A stretch of 64,000 bases of DNA from a virus. Lineage: Duplodnaviria > Caudoviricetes. Where the stretch lies: IMG/VR virus record IMGVR_UViG_3300032038_000064, positions 6,906 through 70,905 of that record. One strand, given 5' to 3'. This document shows, piece after piece, positions 53,501-62,550 of this stretch. The notes under the pieces were generated by a model, which was given only the letters and a program-made list of their open reading frames with translations, was not told the origin of the DNA and did not search any database. Each line of letters begins with the position of its first letter. The stretch's first letter is position 1. A program made the translations under genes and the position numbers.

Positions 53501-53609
53501 TTCTTTTTCCTCCTTATTTTGGCTATTTTGAGTTTCTTCCCTTTCGGGGATAACTCCTGTCAGGTGTCGAGCCTGAATTCCGTTCTCCGCAGGAGTTGAA
53601 CTATGTAGA

Positions 53610-53864
53610 CTATACTCTCATTACCTCATCAAAATAATATCTGATTCCCTGCTTCCTGATATACATTCTTCCAGAAGGTGCAGTATAAATCTTATGTCTC
53701 CTAAAATCATATCTGCCATTTCCAAAGTTGAAACAGGCGATAACATAATCCTCAATTCCGTATTCGATGTCCAGGATTTCAATGCCGCCCCACTGAGTAA
53801 ATGCAGTATTGATATATCCAACTGCCTTAGTGTTGGCATATTTCTTATACAACGGTGTTCTCAT
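53610..53864 (-). CDS. hypothetical early protein
   Basis: AAGGAGG RBS; GGIEILDIEYGIEDY motif. Confidence 0.6.
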   Translation of the reverse strand: MRTPLYKKYANTKAVGYINTAFTQWGGIEILDIEYGIEDYVIACFNFGNGRYDFRRHKIYTAPSGRMYIRKQGIRYYFDEVMRV

Positions 53865-54402
53865 GTTTCCCTCCTTACATTACTTCAAAATTTTCCTGGT
53901 AAATATTTTCGAGGAACTCATAACTCTCCTCATCAATGTCCATCGGGTCAACCTCCGTCTCAAATAAATCGTCCAGCCATTCTTTAAATCTCATTTCTTT
54001 TTCCTCCTTTTTTGAGTTGCTATTCTGACTTTTCACTCCAAGACCGTGAACCTATCGTCAGCCTCAGGAGCGTATTCATCAAAAAATTTCCGCGGCGTAA
54101 TGGAAAGAATGATATATAACATAACTCTGGAAAGTAACTTTTTACATACGTAAAAACAACTCTCCAGGATAGTCAAAAATCATATGTATCCACTACTATA
54201 AAAAGCCGATACAGTAGAAAAATTTTCAAGTCGCCGGATAGGAAAAGAAGATACCCAATACTTGAAAAACCTTATAAATATCAGCCTTTTATAGTAGTAT
54301 ATACAGATAATATATACTACCAATACATAGAAAACGAACTCTGTAGATTACATCTCTCCTGACAATTCTAAAAACGCAAGACACCGAAAATCATCCTCAT
54401 TC

Positions 54403-54642
54403 CTAAATTTCTCCAGCTAACTCCAGTACCCACATTGCAATCCAAGTGGCATGGCGGGGAAATATCATTTTACTAGCGCACTCCAGAAGCCAGGGGATAA
54501 TCTGGTCCTTAGCATCAAAATACGGGCTCAGGTTAAAGTCACTGAGGTAAAACATAGCGTCAGGATGTTTAGTTGACGCTCCCCAAGTCTCAAAAACAGT
54601 TTCCTTATCACTCAGGCGACTATACAATACGTAACTTTCCAT
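54403..54642 (-). CDS. hypothetical early protein
   Basis: AAAGGAG RBS; 79 aa. Confidence 0.55.
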   Translation of the reverse strand: MESYVLYSRLSDKETVFETWGASTKHPDAMFYLSDFNLSPYFDAKDQIIPWLLECASKMIFPRHATWIAMWVLELAGEI

Positions 54643-54754
54643 TTTATACTCCTTTCTATATACGACCTGCCATCATCGGTATGCAGTGGTCAATCTGCAT
54701 AGACAACCAGGGGCAATTGCTTGCCCCCGGTCGTTTCGGCTTCTTATTTGTATG

Positions 54755-55582
54755 TTACTCTGCCTTAGGCTCCTCAGCTTTCTTTGCCTCTGCCTTAGCT
54801 TTCTTGGCAGCTTCCTTCTCGGCTGCCTTTCTTGCCTTCTCCTCAGCCTTAGCCTTAGCCTTTGCTTCCTTCTCTGCCTTCTTGGCAGCCTCCTTCTCTG
54901 CCTGCGCCTTTGCCTTGGCGTCATTGCGGGCTGCCTTGACCTGCTCCATTTTGCTGAGGTACTGTCCGAGCACCTTTTCCAGGTCTGCATGGGCGACCGT
55001 CACTGCATAGGGGTTCACCGGGTTGCCCGCCACGACCTTCGCCGTAACGCCTTCAGGGACCATGTCTTCCTTGCTGTGGAAGATGACCGCCTTCTGACCG
55101 ACTTCCATGTAGAACATGCCGACCTTGCCGTTCAGGACAGTAGTCCGACCCATACCGGGTGTGTACTTGTGGTCAATGTTCTCCAGTGCCTTATCAATGA
55201 CTCCCTGGGCGTTCTCTTTGGCGTGTGCCTTCGCCTCAGCCTTTGCCTTCTTCTCTGCCTCAGCCTTCTCCTTCGCTGCCTTGCGCTCCTCTGCCTTCTT
55301 TGCCTTCTCGGCTGCCTTCTTCTCTGCCTCAGCCTTCCTTGCCTGAGCCTTTGCTTCCTTCTCTGCCTGTTTCCTTGCTTCCATTGCCTTCTTCTCCTCT
55401 TCCTTGTTCTGCTCCTGAGTGCTAACGGTTACTGCGGTCATGTTCTTTTCCTCCTTCTTGCTGGTCTTGGTTGTCTTGCGGGTTTTCTTGGTCTCGGTTG
55501 CTGTAGTCATGTTCTTGTCCTCCTTGTTCTGGTTGTTCATAGCGTCCTGAGTTGCGATGGTTGCGTTGGTCTTGGTTGTCAT
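54755..55582 (-). CDS. Lys/Ala/Glu-rich low-complexity protein (histone H1/TolA-like repeats around a small globular core)
   Basis: AAGGAGG RBS supports ATG 55582; KAEAEKKAAEKAKKAEE-type repeats flank a roughly 90-aa mixed alpha/beta core. Confidence 0.75.
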   Translation of the reverse strand: MTTKTNATIATQDAMNNQNKEDKNMTTATETKKTRKTTKTSKKEEKNMTAVTVSTQEQNKEEEKKAMEARKQAEKEAKAQARKAEAEKKAAEKAKKAEERKAAKEKAEAEKKAKAEAKAHAKENAQGVIDKALENIDHKYTPGMGRTTVLNGKVGMFYMEVGQKAVIFHSKEDMVPEGVTAKVVAGNPVNPYAVTVAHADLEKVLGQYLSKMEQVKAARNDAKAKAQAEKEAAKKAEKEAKAKAKAEEKARKAAEKEAAKKAKAEAKKAEEPKAE

Positions 55583-56106
55583 TGTTTGTTCCTCCTTTGA
55601 GTATTTTGAGATTGTTAAATGTTTATCACGGCTCCTAGGCCTAGCAAACGTCCTCAGCAATGAACTGGGAACGTTTGCTAGTCCCAGGGGACTAGTTATT
55701 GTGCAAAACTCTTTTCCTGCTGTTCGGTGTGTATCTCGGTTGTTTCCCACTGTAATTCAATACCGCTGTTCGTTACGTTTTTCCGTCAAGTTGTCTGCCG
55801 TCAGTGTATGATATACGCACATGCGTACATTGCTAAACTAGCATGGTCGGCCGCTCCCATCGTGCTGGGGCGGGGTGCTGTTAATGTCGCCGTTATTCAA
55901 TTGTATAAGTCAACACTGCACATTATGCTACAGTGGGGTGCTCGGTCATCATTACGTACTGCCCTGTAGTGTCCCCGCTGACACGGCCCGGATACTTGAG
56001 GCTATGGGGGTCCCACGGTGAGGCGATTAAGTACGTTTTTCAACTAGTGGGCAGAACGCCCGGAAAGGGGGGTCGATAGTCAACTGATAGTCAACTATCT
56101 AATAAT

Positions 56107-56135
56107 ATTATATGTCAAGTAGTACAATATTACAA
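56107..56135 (-). promoter_or_regulatory. leftward sigma-A type promoter of the early block
   Basis: Minus strand TTGTAA-N17-TATAAT followed by ATTA; adjacent tandem GATAGTCAACT x2 (56075-56096). Confidence 0.5.
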
Positions 56136-56319
56136 TAAAAATACGGCAATCCGCTGCAGGTCACGTGTAAAAATTTTAGTGCTATTTTTGTGCATAATGT
56201 ACATACATATGTTCGATTAAATTATTTGAATTATCAGAATATTGCATACAATTTTTACGCACTTTTAAGTTGTCTGAATTGTATAAACAATTCAAATTGT
56301 ATACATACTTTAGTCACAT

Positions 56320-56690
56320 ACAGTATTAACGTATTACTACTGTAAAGTATTAATGTTTTAAAACATCATTGCATTAATGCTTTAACGTATTACAGCATTA
56401 ACGCTTTACATCTTTAACACTTTAGTACGATAGAAGATTGTTAAAAACGTAACTATCGAAAAATCGCAGATAACAAAAAATTAGTTACTTTACTACGTTA
56501 CAGCGTTAATACGTTACTACTGCATTGCTTTAATACGTTACAGTGCTACTACATTAAGATGTTACTACTGCACAACTGTAACGCTTCAACGCATTGAAGC
56601 ATTAACGCTTTAACACGCTGATGCGTCAGCACGTTAGCACTGCAACACTTTAACGCTGTGAAGCGTCAGACCCCCCACCCCAGTTAGTTT
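56320..56690. repeat. degenerate short tandem-repeat tract (candidate terminus or packaging region)
   Basis: Many variants of TTAACGCT/TTAATGCT/TTAACACT/TTACTAC/TTACAGC; no ORF; ends at CCCCCCACCCC. Confidence 0.65.
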
Positions 56691-56744
56691 TGACTAACTC
56701 GCACTCTCACTCTCCGCGTCAACTTGACTCTTTTTTGTAATAAG

Positions 56745-56833
56745 AACACACGTTCACTTGCATCGTTGTGGGGCAATAACACACGTTCACTTGTTCTCAA
56801 GTTCTCACGAGTTCTCAGTGATGCAAGTTCTCA
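56745..56833. repeat. direct repeats
   Basis: AACACACGTTCACTTG x2 (56745-60, 56778-93) and GTTCTCA x4. Confidence 0.6.
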
Positions 56834-56991
56834 AAGCCTCTCTTGCATCTCAGATTTTTTGCAACCTACTCTCTAATTAAAGTCAAAATTGTATAACGTA
56901 TTCAAAACGCAAATCCCGAATCTCAGATTTTTTATACACGTAAAATATAGTAAAGTCCCGGCTTTGATTTTTTATTTTTATACGCACTGTA

Positions 56992-57020
56992 TTGACTAGC
57001 GTTGTATAACATTGTATAAT
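56992..57020 (+). promoter_or_regulatory. sigma-A type promoter
   Basis: TTGACT-N17-TATAAT. Confidence 0.7.
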
Positions 57021-57081
57021 AAAGTATGATAGTTTATTTGTTCTGCTGTCCTATCTGCGCTACGGGGAGAAAGAAGTGTTT

Positions 57082-57252
57082 ATGCACGAACGTAAATGGT
57101 TTAATGGTATCGGGATGCTTGAATATCTCAGCGCCGAAGAATTTCATTCAGGACCGTGGGTTGTTTCAGAACTTAGAGCGAAAGACCAGTATGGGCATAT
57201 TTATTGTGTTGTGCGTAATACAGAAAAGTTTGATTTAAGATATGTTGAATAA
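57082..57252 (+). CDS. small hypothetical protein (56 aa, not in ORF track)
   Basis: GGGGAG RBS; MHERKWFNGIGMLEY... Confidence 0.45.
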   Translation: MHERKWFNGIGMLEYLSAEEFHSGPWVVSELRAKDQYGHIYCVVRNTEKFDLRYVE

Positions 57253-57264
57253 GGAGGATTATGT

Positions 57265-57591
57265 ATGGTAGAGGATATGATAAAGATGCACAAAGAATCG
57301 TTTCAGATGTTAGTGAGAGGAAAAGATAATACTGTCGTAGAGATTACTATACCAGGATATACTTTTTCTTTTCTTGGCGTTGATTTCGGATGCACGAATA
57401 AGTATTACTATAATGGTAAGTTAGAAACGTATGACAGACAGTGGATTCTAGTTGATTTAGAGACTAAACTTGTTTGTGGAAGGTCAGTGAGTAGAAGAAC
57501 TTTTTCTTCTTTACTTACTCCGCAGTATGTAAATCGGATTAAGGAGATTAAGAAAAAACGAAAACTTTACAAATCTGAAAACAGATGCTAA
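57265..57591 (+). CDS. hypothetical protein
   Basis: AAGGAGG RBS; 108 aa. Confidence 0.55.
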   Translation: MVEDMIKMHKESFQMLVRGKDNTVVEITIPGYTFSFLGVDFGCTNKYYYNGKLETYDRQWILVDLETKLVCGRSVSRRTFSSLLTPQYVNRIKEIKKKRKLYKSENRC

Positions 57592-57619
57592 GATGAAGTC
57601 AAATAAAGGAGGACGTAGC

Positions 57620-57913
57620 GTGGACAAAGGTACTTATGGCGACACACTCGCAAGCGAATTACTGCATGAAGTAAAACTTTCAGCAAAAAGATGGTTTATA
57701 GCGTTTTGTATTATGGTTGCTCTTGAACTTGCTACAATTGCTGGATTTATGTGGTATATTAGTTTGCCGGCTGATGAATTAACGATTGAGAATGATGATG
57801 GGAACGCTAATTACATCGGCAACGACCTCAACGGAGATTTAAACAATGGCGAGAATAGTAAGAAAACGGAAAGTAGTGAGACGGCACAGACGGAGACGTT
57901 AAATGGCAACTAA
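57620..57913 (+). CDS. single-pass membrane protein
   Basis: AAAGGAGG RBS and GTG start; LASELLHEVK.SAKRWF plus a TM helix. Confidence 0.6.
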   Translation: MDKGTYGDTLASELLHEVKLSAKRWFIAFCIMVALELATIAGFMWYISLPADELTIENDDGNANYIGNDLNGDLNNGENSKKTESSETAQTETLNGN

Positions 57914-58259
57914 TCAGAGAATGGCACTGAAAAAACTCCAGCGGGCTATAAATGCTCGTTCTGAGAGTAAAATTTTAGTCAGTGAAACAGAGTGGTATTC
58001 GGATAAGCGAAACGCTACTATAACTTCATATATTATACGAAAAGCACTGCCTACAAAAGATACTGCTAGAGGACGTAAAAAGCACACTGAGTTGTTTAAT
58101 ACTACGTCACTGATACAAGCGGTATTATATTTACGAGATTATTGGTATTCGCTTATAGGAGAAGAAATACCGACAGACAATGAATACTGGAACAATATAA
58201 AAGACACGAAGGGAATAATTATAGATGCCAAAGCGGAAGAAGAAATTCCTGACGAATGA
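57903..58259 (+). CDS. hypothetical protein
   Basis: 118 aa, coupled upstream of terS. Confidence 0.55.
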   Translation: MATNQRMALKKLQRAINARSESKILVSETEWYSDKRNATITSYIIRKALPTKDTARGRKKHTELFNTTSLIQAVLYLRDYWYSLIGEEIPTDNEYWNNIKDTKGIIIDAKAEEEIPDE

Positions 58260-58662
58260 GCAGAGAATATTTATCAAACATTACATAATGACAACTAATG
58301 CCTCAGAAGCGTATAGAAGAATGGCGAAAGAGATAAATAAGCCTCTTCCTAAACGCTATGTATCTACTGCAAATACATGGCTGAATACACCAGAGGTATT
58401 ACATGAAATTGAAATCTGCATGGCAGAAGCAACTAGAAGAACGATTAATGATAACATCAGTACCGCAGAAGAAGTAATGGAGTTCTTTACAAAGGTAATG
58501 AGAGGACAAGTAAAAGACCAATTTGGACTTGATGCTCCGCTTTCTGAAAGAACTAAAGCGGCACAAGAAATAGCGAAGCGCACAATCGACATTGACAACA
58601 GATTAAAAGGTGTTGCAGACAATGTAACAGAAGTCAAGATTGATTGGGGCAGAAATAAATAA
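58225..58662 (+). CDS. terS: terminase small subunit
   Basis: EQRIFIKHY...NASEAYR HTH; AEEVMEFFTKVMRGQVKDQFGLDAPLSERTKAAQEIAKR. Confidence 0.85.
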   Translation: MPKRKKKFLTNEQRIFIKHYIMTTNASEAYRRMAKEINKPLPKRYVSTANTWLNTPEVLHEIEICMAEATRRTINDNISTAEEVMEFFTKVMRGQVKDQFGLDAPLSERTKAAQEIAKRTIDIDNRLKGVADNVTEVKIDWGRNK

Positions 58663-58811
58663 CTTAGCGTACATCTACTTTTTTGTCATACCCTCCTTTC
58701 CGTAAGCAACTCAGGACGTAATGTTCTGAGTTGTTTGCTTTTGTTATCTTTACTATTCTGTAAATATTTTGTATACTGTACTTAACAAGTTGGTGGGGAG
58801 AAGGAGTTATT

Positions 58812-59030
58812 ATGAAATACGTATGGGAAGATGCTGAATTTTGGAAAGACACTGCAAACAGAGCAATTTGTACTTTTTGTGAAACTGCTTTCGGTATGTT
58901 GACAATCGGACAAGCGTTTACAGAAATTAACTGGTTACACATCGCATCTGTATCAGGTGTTGCCGCAGTTGCAACAGTTTTAAAGTGCTTATGGGTAGCA
59001 ACTAAAAAAGATGAAAATGAGGAAGAGTAA
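58812..59030 (+). CDS. holin (r1t-like)
   Basis: RAICTFCET...[21 protein letters not shown]; two TM helices and a charged tail. Confidence 0.75.
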   Translation: MKYVWEDAEFWKDTANRAICTFCETAFGMLTIGQAFTEINWLHIASVSGVAAVATVLKCLWVATKKDENEEE

Positions 59031-59035
59031 GTTCA

Positions 59036-60394
59036 ATGAATCTTGAAGCAATAAAGACAGTAAAAGCCATAGTGAAAGAGGACGCTTCTCGATATGCAGT
59101 TTCTCAGCCTATCTATAAAGAAGATTATGGATTATATTTTCTCGTAATTGAAGGTCTGGAACTGCCGGAAGTGTATACTGTGGACTTTTCTAATTCTGAA
59201 ACGACCGGTAACTCCGTGCCTATGCTTGGAAATTCTGACGGAGTTCTGATTCCTAAACAGTTCATTGATACCGGGAAAGATATTTTTGCGTTTTTATATA
59301 TTACGGGCGATGGTTTCGGAAGAACTGTTTATAAGTTTAAGATTCCGAATCGTATTCGTCCTGATAGAACGAACGAACAGCCCACTCCCGAAGAGCAGAG
59401 CGTTATTGACCAAACCATTTCTGCGCTAAATGATGCGGTAGACCGTGCCGAAGATGCTGAACAGGCGATTGAGAATATGTCCGTATCTGCTCAGACTTTG
59501 ACAGAGGGGTCATCCGCAACAGTCACCAAGACCGAACAGGATGGAGTTGTACACCTTGCTTTCGGAATCCCCACAGGTGCAACAGGCGCACAGGGAGAGC
59601 GTGGCGAAAAAGGTGATAAGGGTGACACTGGTGCACAGGGTATTCAAGGCGAACAGGGAATACAAGGTGCTAAAGGTGACAAAGGCGATAAAGGCGATAA
59701 GGGAGACAAGGGCGATACTGGTGCGACAGGTGCGCAAGGTATTCAAGGCGCAAAGGGTGACACTGGTGCTGACGGCATCTCCCCGACAGTGACCATAACT
59801 CCCATCACAGGCGGTCACAGGATTACTATCACGGATAAAGACGGTGAGCATTCTGCGGACATTATGGACGGCACAGGGAACGTTGACGATGTGCAGATTA
59901 ACGGAACATCAATCGTCAGTGATGGAGTGGCGAATGTGCCGATTGCAACTGCTACCAAGGCGGGCGTGGTAAAAATCCAAAGCGGTTATGGACTTACAAT
60001 GTTTGAGGGCGTTGCTTGTTTAAAACTGGCAGAAAATGCGGCCGTCAAAGGAGGCGTTAATTATCTAAATGCCATTGTACCAAGCAATCAACACCTCGCA
60101 ACCTTCTACGGTCTCGCCAAAGCCGCCTCTGACACAACCCAATCTCAGAGCAGTAATGCGGTGGGGGTGTATACGGATGAAGCAAAGGGCAAGATACAGA
60201 CCATGTTAGGAATTGCAGACCTTATCGGTAACAGTGAGGGAGCAACGGCAAGTAAAGCCTATTCCGTAGGAGATGTGCTTTTGCATGACGGCAAACTGTA
60301 CAAAGTAACGGCGTCCATCGCACAAGGTTCTGCTATCGTTCCGAACACCAACTGCACTCAGACAACCATCATCGACCTTTTGAGAGGAGTTTAA
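59036..60394 (+). CDS. collagen-like fibre protein (BppU-like N-terminus, CBM-like C-terminus)
   Basis: G-X-Y repeats ([17 protein letters not shown]...); N-terminal YKEDYG...VDFSN...IP domain; C-terminal [17 protein letters not shown]. Confidence 0.75.
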   Translation: MNLEAIKTVKAIVKEDASRYAVSQPIYKEDYGLYFLVIEGLELPEVYTVDFSNSETTGNSVPMLGNSDGVLIPKQFIDTGKDIFAFLYITGDGFGRTVYKFKIPNRIRPDRTNEQPTPEEQSVIDQTISALNDAVDRAEDAEQAIENMSVSAQTLTEGSSATVTKTEQDGVVHLAFGIPTGATGAQGERGEKGDKGDTGAQGIQGEQGIQGAKGDKGDKGDKGDKGDTGATGAQGIQGAKGDTGADGISPTVTITPITGGHRITITDKDGEHSADIMDGTGNVDDVQINGTSIVSDGVANVPIATATKAGVVKIQSGYGLTMFEGVACLKLAENAAVKGGVNYLNAIVPSNQHLATFYGLAKAASDTTQSQSSNAVGVYTDEAKGKIQTMLGIADLIGNSEGATASKAYSVGDVLLHDGKLYKVTASIAQGSAIVPNTNCTQTTIIDLLRGV

Positions 60395-60396
60395 GA

Positions 60397-60633
60397 ATGA
60401 CATACTATTCAGAAAGAAAATCCGTGAAAGACGGAGCGGTTCAGCCCGTGGTATACAAGACAGGCACACAGGCAGAAATGGAATATCAGTTCCATCTTTT
60501 CTGCGCATCTGCCGTCAAGACAGACATCAGGGACATTGATTCCATCGAGTGGGGGACGGTCGAGGGAGGCGTTATCGAGCGGAAGAAATACACGAAGCCC
60601 GCTCCCGAACCCGAAGAGGTGAGCGAGGAATGA
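60397..60633 (+). CDS. small virion-associated protein, paralog A
   Basis: MTYYSERKSVK...EMEYQFHLFCASA...SIEWGTVE; paralogous to 60843-61079. Confidence 0.6.
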   Translation: MTYYSERKSVKDGAVQPVVYKTGTQAEMEYQFHLFCASAVKTDIRDIDSIEWGTVEGGVIERKKYTKPAPEPEEVSEE

Positions 60634-60793
60634 TAATCACTCTCGATGAAATTGTATCCCTATATTCAACTGCGATGATTGTTGCGGTTATTGTGGGGCA
60701 TTTTGTGGTAAAGCAGAGGTGACAGAAAATTGAAACCTTAACGGTTTGGAAGTTTCGGACAACTCATTTGTTGCCGTTACTGATTTTTAAAGC

Positions 60794-60836
60794 ACTATTA
60801 ACCACGGGGCGGGAAACCGCCCCTCACAAGAGGATA
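60794..60836 (+). repeat. 43-bp intergenic repeat with GNRA hairpin, copy 1
   Basis: ACTATTAACCACGGGGCGGGAAACCGCCCCTCACAAGAGGATA; 41/43 identical to 62551-62593. Confidence 0.8.
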
Positions 60837-60842
60837 CAGATT

Positions 60843-61079
60843 ATGACGTATTATGCTCAAAGAAAAAGTATAAAAAATGGTATGCCCGTATCTCCTAATA
60901 ACAGATATGGGACCCGGGCTGAGATGGAAAGGCAGTTTCATCTTTATTGTGCGTCTGCGGCAACAAACGAAGCAGATAACGATGTTGATTCAGTAGAGTG
61001 GGGAACAGTTGAACAGGGCCTTATTGAAAGAAAACAATGGACGAAAGTTGGATTTGAGCCCGGTCCTGAGACCGTGTAA
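60843..61079 (+). CDS. small virion-associated protein, paralog B
   Basis: MTYYAQRKSIK...EMERQFHLYCASA...SVEWGTVE. Confidence 0.6.
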   Translation: MTYYAQRKSIKNGMPVSPNNRYGTRAEMERQFHLYCASAATNEADNDVDSVEWGTVEQGLIERKQWTKVGFEPGPETV

Positions 61080-61114
61080 TACTTTAATTGAATTAGATTA
61101 GTTGAGGATATATT

Positions 61115-62482
61115 ATGGCTGTACAGACATATAATTTGGGAGTAGTAACTGCATACGGCGATGCACGTGCCGGCGGATATACAGGAACATTAGAAGAATG
61201 GCGAGAACTTATGGCAAATTATGCTACGGTCAGTGAGCAAGCGGCACAAAGCGCAAGAGATGCGCAGTCTAGTGCTAACCTCGCTCAACAACGTGCAGAT
61301 TCTATTACTAATTTAGTTGCAGTTGCCCAAACATTACCAAAAGAATCAAGTGCAACTGCAAATTACGCAGACGGCGTACTTACATTGGGTATTCCGAGGG
61401 GCGATGGAGACAAAGGCGATAAAGGCGATAAAGGGGATAAAGGTGATGTTGGTCCTGCCCCTACAGTTACAATTACTAGAATAACTGGAGGACATCGACT
61501 TACCATCACTGATGATACCGGCGACCATTCGTGTGATATTATGGATGGAACTGGAGTGGTAAATGATGTACTTGTGAATGGTAATAGTGTTTTAACCAGC
61601 GGTATTGCGAATATTCCTGTAGCATCTTCAAGTACATACGGAGTTGTTAAGCGTCAAACTACCGAACAGCAAGATAGAAACATAACTACTGCGATATTCG
61701 GCAACTCAGCGTATATTCTTAAAAACGTGGGTTCTGAATTAGCCGCCACTAGTATTAGTTCAACTGAGATACAAATTACTGATGGTCAACTTATAGCGGA
61801 AGGATATACATTAGGAATAGATTCAGGCACAACAGAATCATTAACTATTGAACCCGGCAGTTCAGGAATGTTACGAACTGATTTAATTGTTGCACGGTAC
61901 ACAAAAAACTCTGGAACAGGTGTGGAAGATATGCAACTTGTTGTTATCAAAGGAACTCCCGCCGCCTCTAACCCCGCAACTCCGACATATAACACTGGAA
62001 GTATTGCAAACGGAGACAGTCCTGTTGATTTTCCGATTTATCAAGTTAATATTAACGGAACCAGCATCACATCAGTGGATGCACTTGTTGGCACGGTGAA
62101 CATACCCGACCTTATCAGCGACTCCATAAGTAATGCACTGAATAGTGCTCTGAGGTGGAAGATTTTTGGTGGTGGTTATGTACAAGGACAGGCATTTGTC
62201 ACTGTTCCTGCGGCGGCAAAGGAAGTTTATGTCATCGTCTACATTAAATGGACATCGGGTGAAAAGGTCATGGTTGACTTCCACATCCCCATCGAACCGT
62301 TTGCTTTTGGTTCACCGACAAACTTCGCTCAGCACGTCAAATTCTACGGAACTAACCACGATGGCTATGTTTGCATTGAAGCACGTACTACAGATGGCAC
62401 TAATTTCATGCGACTTTATGAGGCGCGTAACGGCAGTACAGACGTAACTTCAAACTCGTACTGTGCTTATATGTACAGATAG
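61115..62482 (+). CDS. second collagen-like fibre / baseplate protein
   Basis: [11 protein letters not shown] plus PTVTITRITGGHRLTITD segment shared with the 59036 gene; RTDLIVARY...VIKGTP baseplate domain. Confidence 0.7.
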   Translation: MAVQTYNLGVVTAYGDARAGGYTGTLEEWRELMANYATVSEQAAQSARDAQSSANLAQQRADSITNLVAVAQTLPKESSATANYADGVLTLGIPRGDGDKGDKGDKGDKGDVGPAPTVTITRITGGHRLTITDDTGDHSCDIMDGTGVVNDVLVNGNSVLTSGIANIPVASSSTYGVVKRQTTEQQDRNITTAIFGNSAYILKNVGSELAATSISSTEIQITDGQLIAEGYTLGIDSGTTESLTIEPGSSGMLRTDLIVARYTKNSGTGVEDMQLVVIKGTPAASNPATPTYNTGSIANGDSPVDFPIYQVNINGTSITSVDALVGTVNIPDLISDSISNALNSALRWKIFGGGYVQGQAFVTVPAAAKEVYVIVYIKWTSGEKVMVDFHIPIEPFAFGSPTNFAQHVKFYGTNHDGYVCIEARTTDGTNFMRLYEARNGSTDVTSNSYCAYMYR

Positions 62483-62550
62483 GGGATAACGCATGAAACC
62501 CACTCCCGAACCCGCAGAGGTGGAAGAGTAAGCAGACATTTAACGAGATA

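Noticed and set aside
54686-55600. 304-aa Leu/Cys-rich plus-strand ORF and overlapping short ORFs
   Set aside because: Antisense reading of the repetitive Lys/Ala/Glu gene; the composition is an artefact of its codons.
56320-56860. Possible CRISPR array
   Set aside because: Repeats are 7-16 nt, degenerate and lack unique 30-40 nt spacers; the Cas4-like gene is a common stand-alone phage nuclease and there are no other cas genes.
57026-57238. 70-aa ORF from the track
   Set aside because: Starts 5 nt after the -10 box with no RBS; the overlapping 57082-57252 frame has an RBS and was preferred.
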